A DNA stretch of 64,000 bases from the human T2T-CHM13v2.0 reference genome, Homo sapiens, in the NCBI RefSeq assembly GCF_009914755.1, contig NC_060936.1, one strand, 5' to 3'. The notes under the pieces are model-generated. The model was not told where the DNA came from, ran no database searches, and saw nothing but the letters and a program-made list of their open reading frames with translations. Every line of letters starts with the position of its first letter. Positions within the stretch are counted from its first letter, which is position 1. Position numbers and translations under genes: made by a program. Shown piece by piece: positions 1 to 14,127 of the stretch.

Positions 1-129
1 GTTTTTCATGAAAGTTTGCACATGTTTACCGCTGAGTCATTTTCTTTGCTGCTTCCAGTGAGTTGAATTTTGGAAGTCCAAAAGTCATATTTCATTTTGT
101 GTTATCTTTGCTTTTTTCAGTATAAGCTA

Positions 130-1225
130 ATAATGTGTATACATTTATAATTCTTTTAAAATTTGGGTCTTTAGTGACTTATTGGTATCCACTCCATTTT
201 ACAAAAGTCACACTCAAAACTATCTTCAAAGTATACCTATCTTTACCTTAGGCTTCAGCTGAGGAACAACACTTTAAATTTTTCTAGAAGTTTTATTGTT
301 TATTTGGAAGACTGGACACACATTGATTTCATTAGAAGCCTTTTGTTTAGCTGAATAGTATATTAGGACACTACCTTAGATTTTTCTGAGATCTTAATTA
401 AAAATTTTATAGGAATGCCCTTTACTTTATCTTTGAACCAAGTTTTCTTGGTAGTACCCTATGTTTAATATTTTCTCAGAAGGCATTTTTTTAATTTTTT
501 CATCATGTACCCCACAAAAAGAGTAAGAATTTTCAAAACCATCAACTTTCACCTCTGTTTGTTTACCAGTCATTCCTCCAGTTCATCTTTATTCTGCTGC
601 ATTTTACTATAAACAGCAAAAAGAACCCAGAAAGCGACTTTGATGATTTGCTTGGAAATGACCTTAATTAGGTCATCACATTTTACTAGCCAATTTATTA
701 ATTTTCATGTTACTGCAGGTAAAGGGGCTGTGAACGTTTTCTGCCACTTCATAATAAGGATTATTTTTCCTCTAGTTTCCAATGATATTTACCTTACTTT
801 CCTGAAAATTCTCCTCTGCAGTCCTATCAAAGACCATAAGACAGTTTCTTCAAGGCATGCTGGCCGCTTACTAACACTCTCCCAAAAGTCCACTGCCTGA
901 TTCAAAAGCTACTACTGCATTTTAGTGTTTGCTATTGTTGTTGTTGTTGTTGTTGTTGTTATTGTTATGGCAGCACACAATTTCCGGATATCAAAATCAG
1001 TATTGGTCTTTCTATTATTGTGTAGCAAATTACCCAAAATTGTAGCAGCTAAAAACAAACATTATTAGCTCACAATTTATGTGAGTCAAGAATTCAGGAG
1101 CAACAAAACTGGCTGTTTCAGGCTCAACGTCTCTTGTGAGGTTTTGATCAAGGCGTTGGCTGGGGCTGCAGTGTCATCAGAAAGCTGAACTGAGGGAAGA
1201 TCCACTTCCAAGATCCACTTCCAAT
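130..1225 (-). mobile_element. MaLR (MLT1-family) internal fragment plus partial LTR (LTR ~999-1225)
   Basis: Junction gcagcacacaatttccggatatcaaaatcagtattggt resembles the reverse-strand MaLR int/LTR junction. It is followed by MLT1-like ...caaattacc...gctaaaaacaaac...gctcacaatt...ggggctgcag...gaagatccacttccaag. Left boundary uncertain. Confidence 0.65.
935..968. repeat. (GTT)n microsatellite
   Basis: ttgttgttgttgttgttgttgttgttattgtt seen directly. Confidence 0.95.
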
Positions 1226-2459
1226 CACATTTGTGATTAAACTACATAGTTCTTTATATCCATGGCTGTTTTCATTGTCTATTTGTATTATATTCTTTAA
1301 CTAGAAGATCTAATGTAAAGACTTTTTGATTTCTTCATATTGCTGAAGAATCATATTGAAAAGTATTTTTGAAGCAAAGTGATTTCTTCATATTTTTGAG
1401 ACATATTTGGAGAAAATGATAAAAGATTAAGTGTGTGCACAGTGAGAATGTCGGGTATTCAAGAGTGAATTTTAAAGTCACTCTTATTAGCTGTTACTTT
1501 ATGATGAACCATTAGCTAAAAATCATTTTAGTGTAATGTAAAAAAAAATTCCCAAATACAGTTTTTATAATACTTAGTTGTTATTCTCTTGCCCATAAAA
1601 TACATTTTTAAGTGGTGTGTCTAGTTTGGTGGATATATTCTACTTGTAAGCAATAAATGCTTAATTGTTTTAAAGATAACTCTATTTCTAAATTCTTTAA
1701 ATTCTAAACTGTTACTTGATTTGTTAAATGAATGACACTGTGTTAAAATAAAACACTAATAAAATACTGGAATTACTTCATTGACCTCTCTCTCCCTTCA
1801 TGCTACATGCAGTTGTGATTTCTAAGGATGTGTTTAGCTTTGTACTCTAGTAGATTTCTGTCTTATTTTCAATCCAAAAATAGGCACAACAAAGGATTCT
1901 TGCTTTGCCCTGTGCTTGTAAATGACTGGCAAAACTAGTATGTCTTTTGAAAGCAATTCCTACTATTATAACAAGCTGGAATAAAAATGGCCAATCAGTA
2001 ATAATCCAACCCTTATTAACTTGCACTAAATTATTTTCATTTGGCAGATAAAATAACCACTTTTCCAGTCTTAATTAGAGTTTCGTCTAATAGGATTGAC
2101 AAGGCAAGCTGGGCAAAAAAATGCTGTATTTAATTGCTTTTAGAATTCAGTCTTTTTTAGTACATTAAATCTTGGGAAAAATCCAGAGAAATTTTAAGAG
2201 CCCACATTTTGTTTTCTGGGTTACTCTTACCCTTACAAATCAAGAACAACTCTAGTTAATGGATGTTTTAAAGTTTTGCTGTTATGTATTGGTGTCTATG
2301 CCCTTGAAGAACTAATAATACTTTTATTAGAAAGTGATAGTTTACTTTTTAAGTCACTTATATTTTTTTCTCTATTACATGACTATATGTTATCCTATCC
2401 TTTGAGGCTGTGTCTTATGGTAAAAGATACACAGAATTGCCACTTATAGAGAAGAGAGG

Positions 2460-2670
2460 TAACATGGTTTAAAAAAAATAGGCATTAGAGTCACAAGAAC
2501 TCAAGTTCAAATCTGAACTTTGCTGCCTACAGCCCGGGGGACCTTGGGAAGGTTATTAACCTGTTTGGATCTCTGAGATGATGTGAAGAATTCAGGTATA
2601 AAATGTTTCCAGTAAAGAACCTGAGCCATATGATATGTTCTGGAAATTTTGCCTGCTATTACTATTACTA
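2460..2670 (+). mobile_element. MIR SINE
   Basis: ttagagtcac...gttcaaatctgaactttgct...gaccttgggaaggttattaacct: MIR tRNA-derived head and core. Confidence 0.7.
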
Positions 2671-3988
2671 ATCTACTCTCAATATGACAATACATTTTAA
2701 AATGCACCCCCATTTGCAGACCCCGTGTCCTCTTATTTCATTTCCCCCAGATCAGAAGACTGGCTGGCATTGGGAAAGAGTGGATTAAAAGCAGTCATGA
2801 AACTAGAGTTTTAAATTAAGTTCAATATAATTTTTAATAACTGAAGGTGACTGGGAAACTATGGGATTTGCTGAAGATGTCACTAAGGAATGGGAAAGTG
2901 GGACAAAGTGTAGATGAAGTCAGTGATTAGACAAAAAAAAAAGTAGTTCAAGTTAGAAAAGAAAGTGAAGGGAAAGAAGTAGGAAGGAAAAGACCTTGAT
3001 CTGTTCTCCCTTTTCTAGAAAAATATTAGAACACTCCCCAACAGAATGAACAGATCAAATCATAACCAAAAGATTCATGGTGATATATTTAGCTGTAATA
3101 ATTTGAATCAAGAATTATAATGACTTACAAATGCTGCAAGCTGTAACTTGTGTGTAACTTCCATTTAGTAAATTTTTTATGCTTTTGTTAAAAATCAAAT
3201 GTTATACTTCTTTAATTTATATCACAACTGAAGCCTATTCAGTCACCCAGGGGGTAGAAATTCAAAGATACAGCTTTCTCTTCTCATTTCTTTCATACCT
3301 GCTGTATGTAAATTATAATACAAGAGTTTTTATTCCAGAAATTACAATAGTGTCTAATGCACACTAGGTGCTCAGTAGTTTTTTGGTTGCATGAATGATA
3401 ACTTAATTAATCTGAAACTCTTCCCTTAGTGCTCTAATTCTAAGATTTTATTAGATTAAATTCAAATAAACTATTTTCATCTCATCTGTACAAATTCATT
3501 TGTAAAACACTCTCAGCTGTAAAACAAGCACTTGCAAAAGTATCTTTCAATCCTTCCACTTATTTGAATTATTTTTTAAGGATTTGAGTTATTGGATCTT
3601 AGCTAAAAAACAGAAAACTAGAAAGGTCTAAAAATAAAGTATTTATTATATGTAGTAAAAAAGTATGCAATTCAAAAACACTAACTTGATTCATTAAAAT
3701 TCATTAATTATTTTTAATTATACAAATAATACATATTGATTGCCAAAAATAACAGTGACCAAGGTATATAAAAAAAGAAGAAAAAATCAGTCAACAGGCA
3801 TTATATGCATATATAAACACATATGAAAGCATAAGAGTATTAAAATTCAAATAGTGAATTGTGTCCCTATATTCTATTGCTTATTCTTTCTGCCTATTTT
3901 GCCAACTTGCTAAAGATTTCTTTTTCTTTTCTTTCTCAATGGTACACACTTAAAAATTTACAAATTAATAGGGTTTTAAAAGTATATT

Positions 3989-4412
<424 letters not shown>

Positions 4413-6029
4413 TTATGCAGAAGCTTCTTCTCTCTTGGCCTGATAAAGGAGGCTCCACACATTCTGCAAAGGGCACAGTGAAAAGGGGGCTGGGGGGATG
4501 GGGAAGAGAGAGAGAACGTTATGGCCCTCTGTACCGGCTTCATATGTAAAATGTTGATCTCTTTTAAACTTGGGCTATTGTGCAACTTTTCAAAAGGGAT
4601 ATTGCAGCAGCCTTCAGTTATGAAGCAGTCATCAGATAACTCAGGTGCTGGTTGCAAGAATATGAGAGCAATACACAATACATCTCTTTGTTTCTTTATC
4701 CATGGAATCTGCAGTTTTCTAGCAGCTTTTTCTCCCTGTTGTGCATTTAACTGAAATCTGACAGAAACCACGGATGAATTTTGTAATAGACACTATTGGT
4801 ACTTAAATCCTGGAAAGGCATTTTGGATAGGCTAATATCAGCAAAATTTTAGTGGGTAGTCAGGGAATGATATAGAAATCATATAATTGGGCTCCATGTG
4901 AAATAGTCCACTAATATTCTTCTGATGGGGCTTCAGATTCATCTAAATCTGAATAATTTGTGTTAAGTGATTTGCAACACTTTCGAGGCACCATCAAGGG
5001 TGCATTTTGGGCAGAAGGCATACTTTAGAAATTAGGACCTCATGGGTTTGGGTTTTTTTTCTTCTCATATGAAAATATACTACATATGTTCTGTTTTGTT
5101 CTGGGACTATCACAAAGCCCTAAAATGTTTACAGCTTTCAGCTAGAGGGAGAAATATGGAGTGAGTGGGGGGATGTAGTCAGGGGAAGACAACTCCATAA
5201 AACTGCCCTAGTGCATCATTCAGTTCTTTCTTACAGTAGAATCTAAACTAGCCCTCAATGAAAAATAATTTCATTAAGACTTATCCTATAAAAGTGCCTT
5301 TAGGAACAGATGTTGCTTTACAAGTCATGTAAAACATCTTTTTATAAAAATGTTCAAGTAGCTAACTTCATTCCAGGGAAATATAGCCAACTTGGCCAAA
5401 ATTAGCCCTCCTTTGCTTTCCCTGCATTTATATCCTTTGCATTTTTGAGGTAGGCCTGAATCCTGACTGTTATTTGGCTTTGGATTGTATTGTTAAAATT
5501 CTGGATTTTATGATGTAGTTGGCATTCTCATTCATTTCATGTTGAAGCATTTTAAAAATTCTTTCTCATTACTTAAATGTTTACCTTTCAAAGAGGTGAC
5601 TAATCATAATGTACCTGGTATATAGCAAAAATCCACTTACAGACAATTGAAATTTTCTGTGTAAATGTTACAAGTTTTGCCTAATAATTTATTCCCTTAA
5701 TCTGCTTGCTAAGTAAGTTAAAAATACCCACGAAGATACAAATTGTCACCAACTTAACATTTTGCATGCCCATAGCCGAATGAATAAATTGTACCATTTC
5801 CCTCATTCAGGAAACAATGAATGTCTACTGAGAACTAAGCTATTTAAAACTGAAAGTTTCTCTCCAGTAGCTCATAAAAGTAACATCAATTTCTCTAACA
5901 TATCTAATAAGCATGTTTCAGTTTTCTTTTAAAGTTGCACTCACATTGTGCTGTATACTAAATTTAATAGTTTACTATGAATGTGTAATTTATAAAATGC
6001 TCTCTTCACTTGCATTTACTATCCATTAA

Positions 6030-7085
6030 TTATCGAGTCAGCAACCTCAGAATCTTCCTCAGTTTCTTCCTCGCTTGCCTCAACCTTTTTCACCGATCCA
6101 GACTGTTACCTTCATAGGGCTTCTTGAATCCATCTCTTCTTTGCCATTCTAGTCTTCACTTTTGTGCAAATGCTTCCATACTTTATCTACCTTGTTATAA
6201 TACGTTTCCTGTTGGTTGTTCAGTCTAGCCTCTCTGGTATTGGCAGAATCTTTCCTTTCCAACATAAACACAGCAACATTATCTGCAAGATGAAGTCCAA
6301 ATTCCGTAGAATGTCACAAAAAGACTATAATCTGTCCCCAGTCTCCATCTTTAATCTCCTAGAGTTCTCCCCAGACCGTGCCAAAACAGCCAAAAATGAT
6401 TCCCCCTCTTCGTTGTGTGAAGCATTAAATTCCTCAGGGCCTTGTACATTCTGTGCCCCTCTCCTACAAGACTCCACCCTCATTTCTCTCTCTTCATGTA
6501 AAAGATTCTGTTTATCCCTTGAGGTCAGCATAAAAGCACCCTATGGATGTGGCGCTCCCTCACCACACTTGTAACTTCTTCCCACTCCTCCCACCCCTGG
6601 AGCAGGAAAAGAAAAAAAAAAAGAAATATATATATATATATATACACACTGAGTATATATATATATATATACACACACTGAGTATACATATATATATACA
6701 CACACTGAGTATATATATATATATATACACACTGAGTATACATATATATATATATACACACTGAGTATATATATATATATATATACACACTGAGTATATA
6801 TATATATATATATATACACACTGAGTATATATATATATACACACTGAGTATATATATATATACACACTGAGTATATATATATATACACACTGAGTATATA
6901 TATATATACACACTGAGTATATACATATATATACACGCTGAGTATATACATATATATATACTGAGTATATACATATATATATATACTGAGTATATACATA
7001 TATATATATATACTGAGCATATACATATATATATATATATATATATACTGAGTATATACATATATATATATATATATATACTGAG

Positions 7086-7120
<35 letters not shown>

Positions 7121-7340
7121 AGTATATACATATATATACTCTCTTCAAAAGTCAGAATCACCAGTGATTTTTACTTATGATTGATTAGAGGTAAAAAAAA
7201 GTTATTTTCTGTTTTGTATAAGAAAACAATCCAAAAGAAACAAATAAAAAACTAAGCTATTTGAGGGCAGCGTCAGCGTCTTATGTCTTATTTGTCCACA
7301 CAGCACCTGGCACAGTGTTTTGTGTGTAACGTGAGCTAAA
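6030..7340 (+). mobile_element. L2 LINE relic interrupted by an A-tract and the TA minisatellite; 3' end at ~7260-7340
   Basis: Pyrimidine-rich L2-like tract 6030-6600 and L2 3' motif gagggcag...cacagcacctggcacagtg. Confidence 0.55.
6626..7141. repeat. AT-rich minisatellite, 18 units of (TA)n-(CA)0-3-CTGAG
   Basis: 18 CTGAG cores counted, separated by variable (TA)n spacers; source of the YIYIYI-type ORFs at 6525-7161. Confidence 0.97.
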
Positions 7341-8368
7341 TTGCAAAGAGAAGCTAATATCGTGGTATCAAATTTAGGGAATTGATATATTTCATGATAA
7401 CTTAGATCTCACTGTTGGGTGACTCATCGCTTAATAATTCAAGCCAGATTTGTAATTGTTCCTGTTTCTAGAAGTCTAAAAAGGGAAGCCATAATAACTT
7501 TTAAAAATTCAGAATTAATGGAGTGTCTTCCTCCTGCTCATTCATTTGAATTAAACCCAGCTTCATAGCAATAGGCAGCATATTACCATCCAGCGATGTG
7601 ATGAGAACTTGTGATTCCCCCCACACATTTAATACTGAGCCCCAGGGGCTAGGAAACCTCGGGGTGAAAGTTTGGGAAAATATCTGCTCTTTTTCGTTTG
7701 GCTGGTTTTTTTGCCCTGATTTTCATGTCTACCCTCTCGTATCATAACTTCAATTGTAAAACATAGCTGTGAGCTGGAAAGACCATTTGTAACAGTAGAA
7801 TTAGAAAAATGAATTTTGAAACCTCTTTTGCTCCCCCAAATACATGGTGAATATAAGCTATTTCCATCGGGAACGTGAAAGATGGGGAAGGAAATATTTC
7901 GGCTGTTTTGAAAAAGTGTTCCAGGTAAATCACATATGCCCCTCACTCCAAGGTTTTGGATCCTAAGAGTTACAGAATATTCTCTTTATATGTTAAGCCA
8001 ATAAATGTACTAGAAATACGCAGTTGGTTCTTGTGGGGGTTGGGATGACAGGAAAGAGTAAGCATATTTCAGTCCTCACTGAAAAGTTTGGCTTTACATT
8101 TCAATTAGAACAATCATGAGATTGTTTTTCTGACAATAAGTGAGAGAGAATCTTTACTAGAGTCTCCTGAAATGTTAGGTAAATTTTATTCAATACTAGC
8201 ACACAATTTATTCATTCAAAATATTTGTTAATTACTTTTTAGTACCAGGCATATGAAATGCAATTCTAAAAATCACAAAAAAATGCAATACCAAACAAAA
8301 TATAAACCCAATAAATGGATAAGTAGAAAGATAATTTGCAGTAAGCCATATGTGATAAGAAGGGAGTA

Positions 8369-8686
8369 CAGTTGTCCCTTGGTATCTATTGGGGTGTTGG
8401 CTGCAGGAACCCTCAGGGATACCAAAACGTGCTGATGCTGAAGTTCTTTATATAAAATGGCATAGTATTTGCATAAAACCAATGCACATCCTCCTACATA
8501 GTTTAAACCATCTCTAGAATACTTATAATACCTAATACAATGTAAATGATATATACATAGTTGTTATGCTGTATCATTTTTATTTAAATTATTTTTAATT
8601 TTTGTATTGTTATTTTTTCAAATATTTTCGATCTGCGGTTGGTTGAATCCACAGATGCAAAACCCATGGATTCGGAAGACCAACTG
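8369..8686. mobile_element. MER2 (TcMar-Tigger MITE)
   Basis: TA|cagttgtcccttggtatc ... gaagaccaactg|TA: terminal inverted ends with TA TSD and typical MER2 core ataaaatggcatagtatttgcata. Confidence 0.9.
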
Positions 8687-8789
8687 TAAACATGGCCATA
8701 GAAATGCGAGTAGCATGGCATCTATGAGAGAGTGTGAAAGAAATTCCAAAGCCATTGGAGCACAGAGATAAAAGTTCCCAGAGAGTTAT

Positions 8790-10540
8790 ACATCAATAAC
8801 GTCCAGGTTGAGAGTCAATTCAAAAACACAATCTCCTTTACAATAGCCACAAAGGAAATGAAATGCCTAAGAATACAGCTAACCAAGGAGGTGAAAGCCC
8901 TATACAAGGAAAACTACAAAACACTGCTGAACGAAATCAGAGATGACACAAGTAAATGGAAAAACATTCCACACTCTTGGATTAGAGGAATCACTATTAT
9001 TAAAATGGCCATACTGCCCAGAGCCATTTACAGATCCAATGTACTTCCTATCAAACTACCAATATCATTCTTCACAGAACTGGAAAAAAAAACTATTCTA
9101 AAATTCATACCGAACTGAAAAAGAGCATGAATAGCAATTCTAAGCTGGAGGCATCACACTACCCAATTTCAAGCTATACTAAAAAAAAAAAAGAGCATAG
9201 TACTGTTACAAAATCAGACACATAGACAAATGGAACAGAACAGAAAACTTAGAAATGAAGTCATACGCTTACATCTAATCTTCAACAAGACCAAAAAAAA
9301 CAAGCAATGGGGAAAGGACTCCCTATTCGACAAATGATGCTGGGATAACTGGCTAGTCATTTGAAGAAGGATGAAACTGTACCCTTACTTTTTACCATAT
9401 ACAAAAAGTAATTAAAGATTTAAATGTAATACCCCAAACTATAAAAATCCTAGAAGAAAACCTAGGAAACACCCTTCTCAACATTGGACTTGACAAATAA
9501 TTTTTGGCTAAGTCCCCAAAAGCAATTGCAAAAAAAATAAGAATTGACAAGTGGGACCTAGTAACTAAAGAGCTTCTGCACAACAAGCTATCAGTAAACA
9601 GACAACCTACAGAATGGAAGAAAATATTCACAAACTATGCATCCAACAAAAGTCTAATAACCAGAATCGATAATGAACTTAATTCAACAAGCAAAAAAAC
9701 AACCATATTAAAAAATGGGCAAAGGACATGAACAGACACTTCTCAAAAGAAGACATACAAACAGCCAACAAACATATGAAAAAATGCTTGTCATCACTAA
9801 TTATCAGAGAAATGCAAATCAAAACCACAATGAGATGCCATCTCACTCCAGTCAGAATGGTTATTATTAAAAAGTCATAAAGCAACAGATGCTGGCAAGG
9901 CTGCAGAGAAAACGAAATGCTTACACACTACTGGTATGAATGTAAATCAGTTCAGCCACTGGGGAAAGCAGTTAAGAGATTTCTCAAAGAACTGAAAACA
10001 GAGCTACCATTTGACCCAGAAATTTCATTACTGGGTATATACCCAAAGGAAAATAGATCATTATGCCAAAAAGACACATGCGCTCATGTATTTATTGCCA
10101 TGCTATTCACAAGAGCAAAGACATGTAATCAACCTAAATGCGGATCAGTACTGAATTGGATAAAGAAAATGTGGTACCTATACACCATGGAATACTACAC
10201 AGCCATAAAGAAGAATGAAATCATGTCCTTCACAGCAACATGGGTAGAGCTGGAGGCCATAGTCCTTAGCAAATTAATGCAGAAACAGAAAACCAAATAC
10301 CACATGTTCTCACTTATAACTGGGAACTAAACATTGAACACATGTGAACATAAATGTTGGAACAATAGACACTGCAGAATACTACAGCAGGGTGGGGGGC
10401 AGGGGAAACATGGGTTGAAAAACTACCTGTTGAGTACTATGCTCACTACCTGGGTGTAATATACTCATGTAACAGACCAGCACATGTACCCTCTGTATCC
10501 AAAATAAATAAATACATATTTAAAACTAAAAAAAACCAAA
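8790..10540 (+). mobile_element. 5'-truncated L1 (older primate L1PA15-17/L1PB-like): ORF2 C-terminal part, 3' UTR and A-rich tail
   Basis: Broken ORF2 peptides in the ORF track ([21 protein letters not shown]..., ELPFDPEISLLGIYPKE..., WIKKMWYLYTMEYYTAIKKNE) followed by an L1 3' UTR. Confidence 0.93.
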
Positions 10541-11036
10541 ATATTTCAATAATAAAAAACATTAAATGTATCCAAAATTTAACCTAATTTCTGCTTTTTT
10601 TTGAGTGATGATTCTGCCTAAAGACTAAAATACAAGTACTAGATAAGTCTAACAAGTAACAATATTAAAGCTCTTTAATTTCCACAGTGTTTACTAAGAG
10701 CAATGTTATATTTAGTGAGAAGAAAAGAAAATGAGGAAATGACACATTTACTTGAAAAATAAAACAGTTTGGTTGAAAACGAAACAAAAAAATGTATAAA
10801 AGAAAAAATCAACGCCTACTGTTGTCAGGAGGATGGCTCCTTACGTCATTACCAAGCTACTGTGATGTCCTCAATTTGTTGTTCTGATGTGAAATTACTG
10901 TTTTACAGTCATTCGGGACAACTCATCTTGATCAATCCAACTTATGTCTTCTCATTATCAATCTGTTGAATGTGAACCCCAAATTGAGGAAGAGACCTAT
11001 CAACTAGAGAAATTACCCTTAAAAATGCATTGCTTA

Positions 11037-11319
<283 letters not shown>

Positions 11320-11838
11320 GACAATTCTAATTTGAAAATGTTATTTCCCTTGTGTGTGTGGCACCAACAAAAGAAAGAGAAAAATGCAATCCCAACCCAT
11401 GTTCATAGTTTGAATATTGCACTGACAAGAAATGCTACAACCTTTAGGTGTTCAAGAAATGCCTGATTGATGAGCATTGTTCCTCCTAATGAGCTGTGTG
11501 TTATGATAAAGAACTTATAGTCCCCATGGGCCTTATGCTCTCAGAACTATTCATTTATTTTCTGTGAATTAACACTGCCTTTATTAATAGTACAAGGTTC
11601 AGCCCTTGGCAAAGTCCTCATCCACTTGGGGATAATACTGACCTATAATATCTCACCGTCATTTTAGGCTAGTACTTTGGATAATGGAGTGGACTTAGCT
11701 AGCAAGAAAACCCTTCCTTTCTTTATAAGAAGGCTTCTAAGTTCTGTGTTTTAACATGAGCCTGTAGTAAGCAGAGAGCTATTTGATGCTGAATTCTGAG
11801 CAAAGGGTTCTTTGTGGGAAGGTCTGTCAAACAGCATA

Positions 11839-11852
11839 GTTACCATGGCAAC
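11839..11852. promoter_or_regulatory. RFX X-box GTTACCATGGCAAC
   Basis: Exact fit to the palindromic consensus GTTRCCATGGYAAC in unique sequence; binding is inferred. Confidence 0.6.
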
Positions 11853-13193
11853 CCTGGCTGGATAACCCATTTGGGAAAATACTTGTAGGACCTAACACTC
11901 TATCATCTGTCATTCAATAATTTCATGTTCATAATAACTAGGAAATCAATGGCGATCCTCTGAGACAGTTTGTGGAAAGGGCAAGCATGCTATTGGCAGC
12001 TCACAGCTTACATTTGCGTCTATTTGTTGTGATTCTCGTGCCAGCTTAGGAGTGTGAGAAAAAACTTGTTTGTTTGGACTGGCACAAAGATTAAAGGCAG
12101 GTTCAGTTTTGCAATCTAATTACAACTGCAGTGTTTACATGTACAAAAGAGAAAAAAAAAAAAAAATGGCATATTAATCAAGCATTTGCTAGACTGTTAA
12201 GAAGTAAGGTTCACCTAATATTAACATTTCACATTTTTAAATTCTGCGAGAAAAGATGAGTCCAAGTTATCACGCAACTGGCATGAACAAATTTGGTAAC
12301 GTAAAAGGCATTTTTCTTATCTAAGCTTTCTAATTAAACTGCTTATCATCGTAGAAGCTGTTTACCTGGATGTTATGTACAGAATATAAAGTGATCATAG
12401 AAAAGTAATTAAAATTCTTAAACATGCAGCCCGTTGACTTAACATACAATTAGTTTTTAGAGTGTGATGTTTGATAATAAGGCGAGTTAGCTGAGTAGAG
12501 AAATATACACTTAATAATTACCTTGACAGTGTTTATCAACTAGAAAAAAATGTCAGAAATAATTTCAGGAAATGGATATTACAAATAAGAAAGCATGATA
12601 AACTAAGACCAAGAAAGTGAGTAGGAGAGAAAAATTAAGCATTTTGTATTCTATAAAGAAAGGAATATTTCACCTTCGTGGAAACATTTAGAAGATACTG
12701 ATTCATGCATTATGAAAAGCTTATTGTTTTTAATTTAGAAGTGTTCTGAAACAGAACGATAAAGATGTTTGTAAATTGCTTTCCTTTTAGCACAACAGGT
12801 TTTTATTTTAAGCTGCTCTGGGTAAAGTACACATAGTGGAGCTTCCTTTCTGCAAGTTTCCAGAGTCCAAGTTTTCTCAAAGTGGAAGTGTGGGGGAGCT
12901 GATTAAAACATCATCATTTTCAACATAAGAGATGAAGTCTTCTGAAGTGAAAATGGTATTTTATTCAAAGGAGGAATAGTTCCCTAAAGAGCTATGCTGA
13001 ATATGAGCACAGAAGATGGAAAGATTATATGGCTTCTCTTACAACTGGAGGTCTGCTGAAGACTTTGGAAATCGGAATTTTATATATTTTTCCAAAAAAC
13101 AATATGATGTTCTTGTAAAATTTTCAAAGATCTGGTTGAATAAATGAAGAAACTATTTTTCTATTTTTCTTCTTCCTTTCTCCTTCCTAAACA

Positions 13194-13315
13194 TTTCTCT
13201 CTCTCTCTCTCTCTCTCTGTCTTCTCTCTCTCTCTCTGTCTCTGTCTCTCTTGCGCTCTCTCTCTCACTCTCTCGCACTCTCTTGCTCTCTTTCTCCCCC
13301 TTTTTCTTTCTCCTT
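13194..13315. repeat. (CT)n-rich polypyrimidine tract
   Basis: About 120 bp of interrupted (TC)n seen directly. Confidence 0.92.
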
Positions 13316-14127
13316 ATTACTCTTGGGGCCAGAAGATGTTCATTTTTATTATTAATGCTTGCTTGAATGAAAAATGAAAACTTCTGTTCTTTTCCTTTAA
13401 AAACATCTACACATTTTCCAACCTACTCAGATATGTAAGTAGAATCCAAGTGGTATCATAGGCAAAACTATTACTGTTATGGAATGCATTTTAAAAGAGG
13501 AGATTGATTATATTTCTAAATGTAACAATAGAGATAAGAACTATGATAAGAGTTGAAGATGATAAAATGTCTCTTTAAAGTCATATTAATATAACCTGTA
13601 AATAAAGGGAATTTATCATACTTTTAGAAAACAAAAATACCTCTTATTTTAAATACCTCTTATTTCTAGATTTTTTAAGGGTTAACATCTATGCTATTTT
13701 ATTATTCCTTCATTTATTCACTTGGGACATATAGTTATTGAGTCTTGACCAGATCCCCAGGCACTCTGGTAGGTGCAAAATTCCCAAAAAAAAAGAAAAC
13801 AAGGTATCTATCCTCAAGTTCTTCCCAGTCCTTTGGGGAAAAAGATAAGTAGACAGAGGGATTCATAGGGTGTTACAGGAGCATTGAGGAGAAATATTTC
13901 ATGTGTCATTCTTAGATGCATTTATTCCTTTACTATAGAACTTACTGATATGAGGTAATTTCTGACCGATTTTTTCTTTTGGGCATAAGTTATTTAACAC
14001 TTTATAAATGAAGATTCAGAAATACCAACGTATGAAAGTCTTCTTTGTATTCTCAATAAGATCCAGATATTTAAATATATATTTTTCAATATTCTCAATG
14101 AAACTTAGAGAAAACTAGTATTAGCAT

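Noticed and set aside
6525-7161. Longest ORFs in the track (206-207 aa, YIYIYI-rich) and a superficially CRISPR-like repeat/spacer pattern
   Set aside because: These are translations of a stop-poor (TA)n minisatellite. The spacers are only TA runs, there are no cas genes, and the DNA is eukaryotic.
8858-10330. ORFs of 75-137 aa with real protein similarity
   Set aside because: Frameshifted remnants of L1 ORF2p in a 5'-truncated, dead element; not a host gene.
13635-13666. Short tandem duplications (aaatacctcttattt x2; also agatccacttcca x2 at ~1198-1223 and aatattctt x3 at ~36793-36830)
   Set aside because: Ordinary slippage duplications with no further structure.
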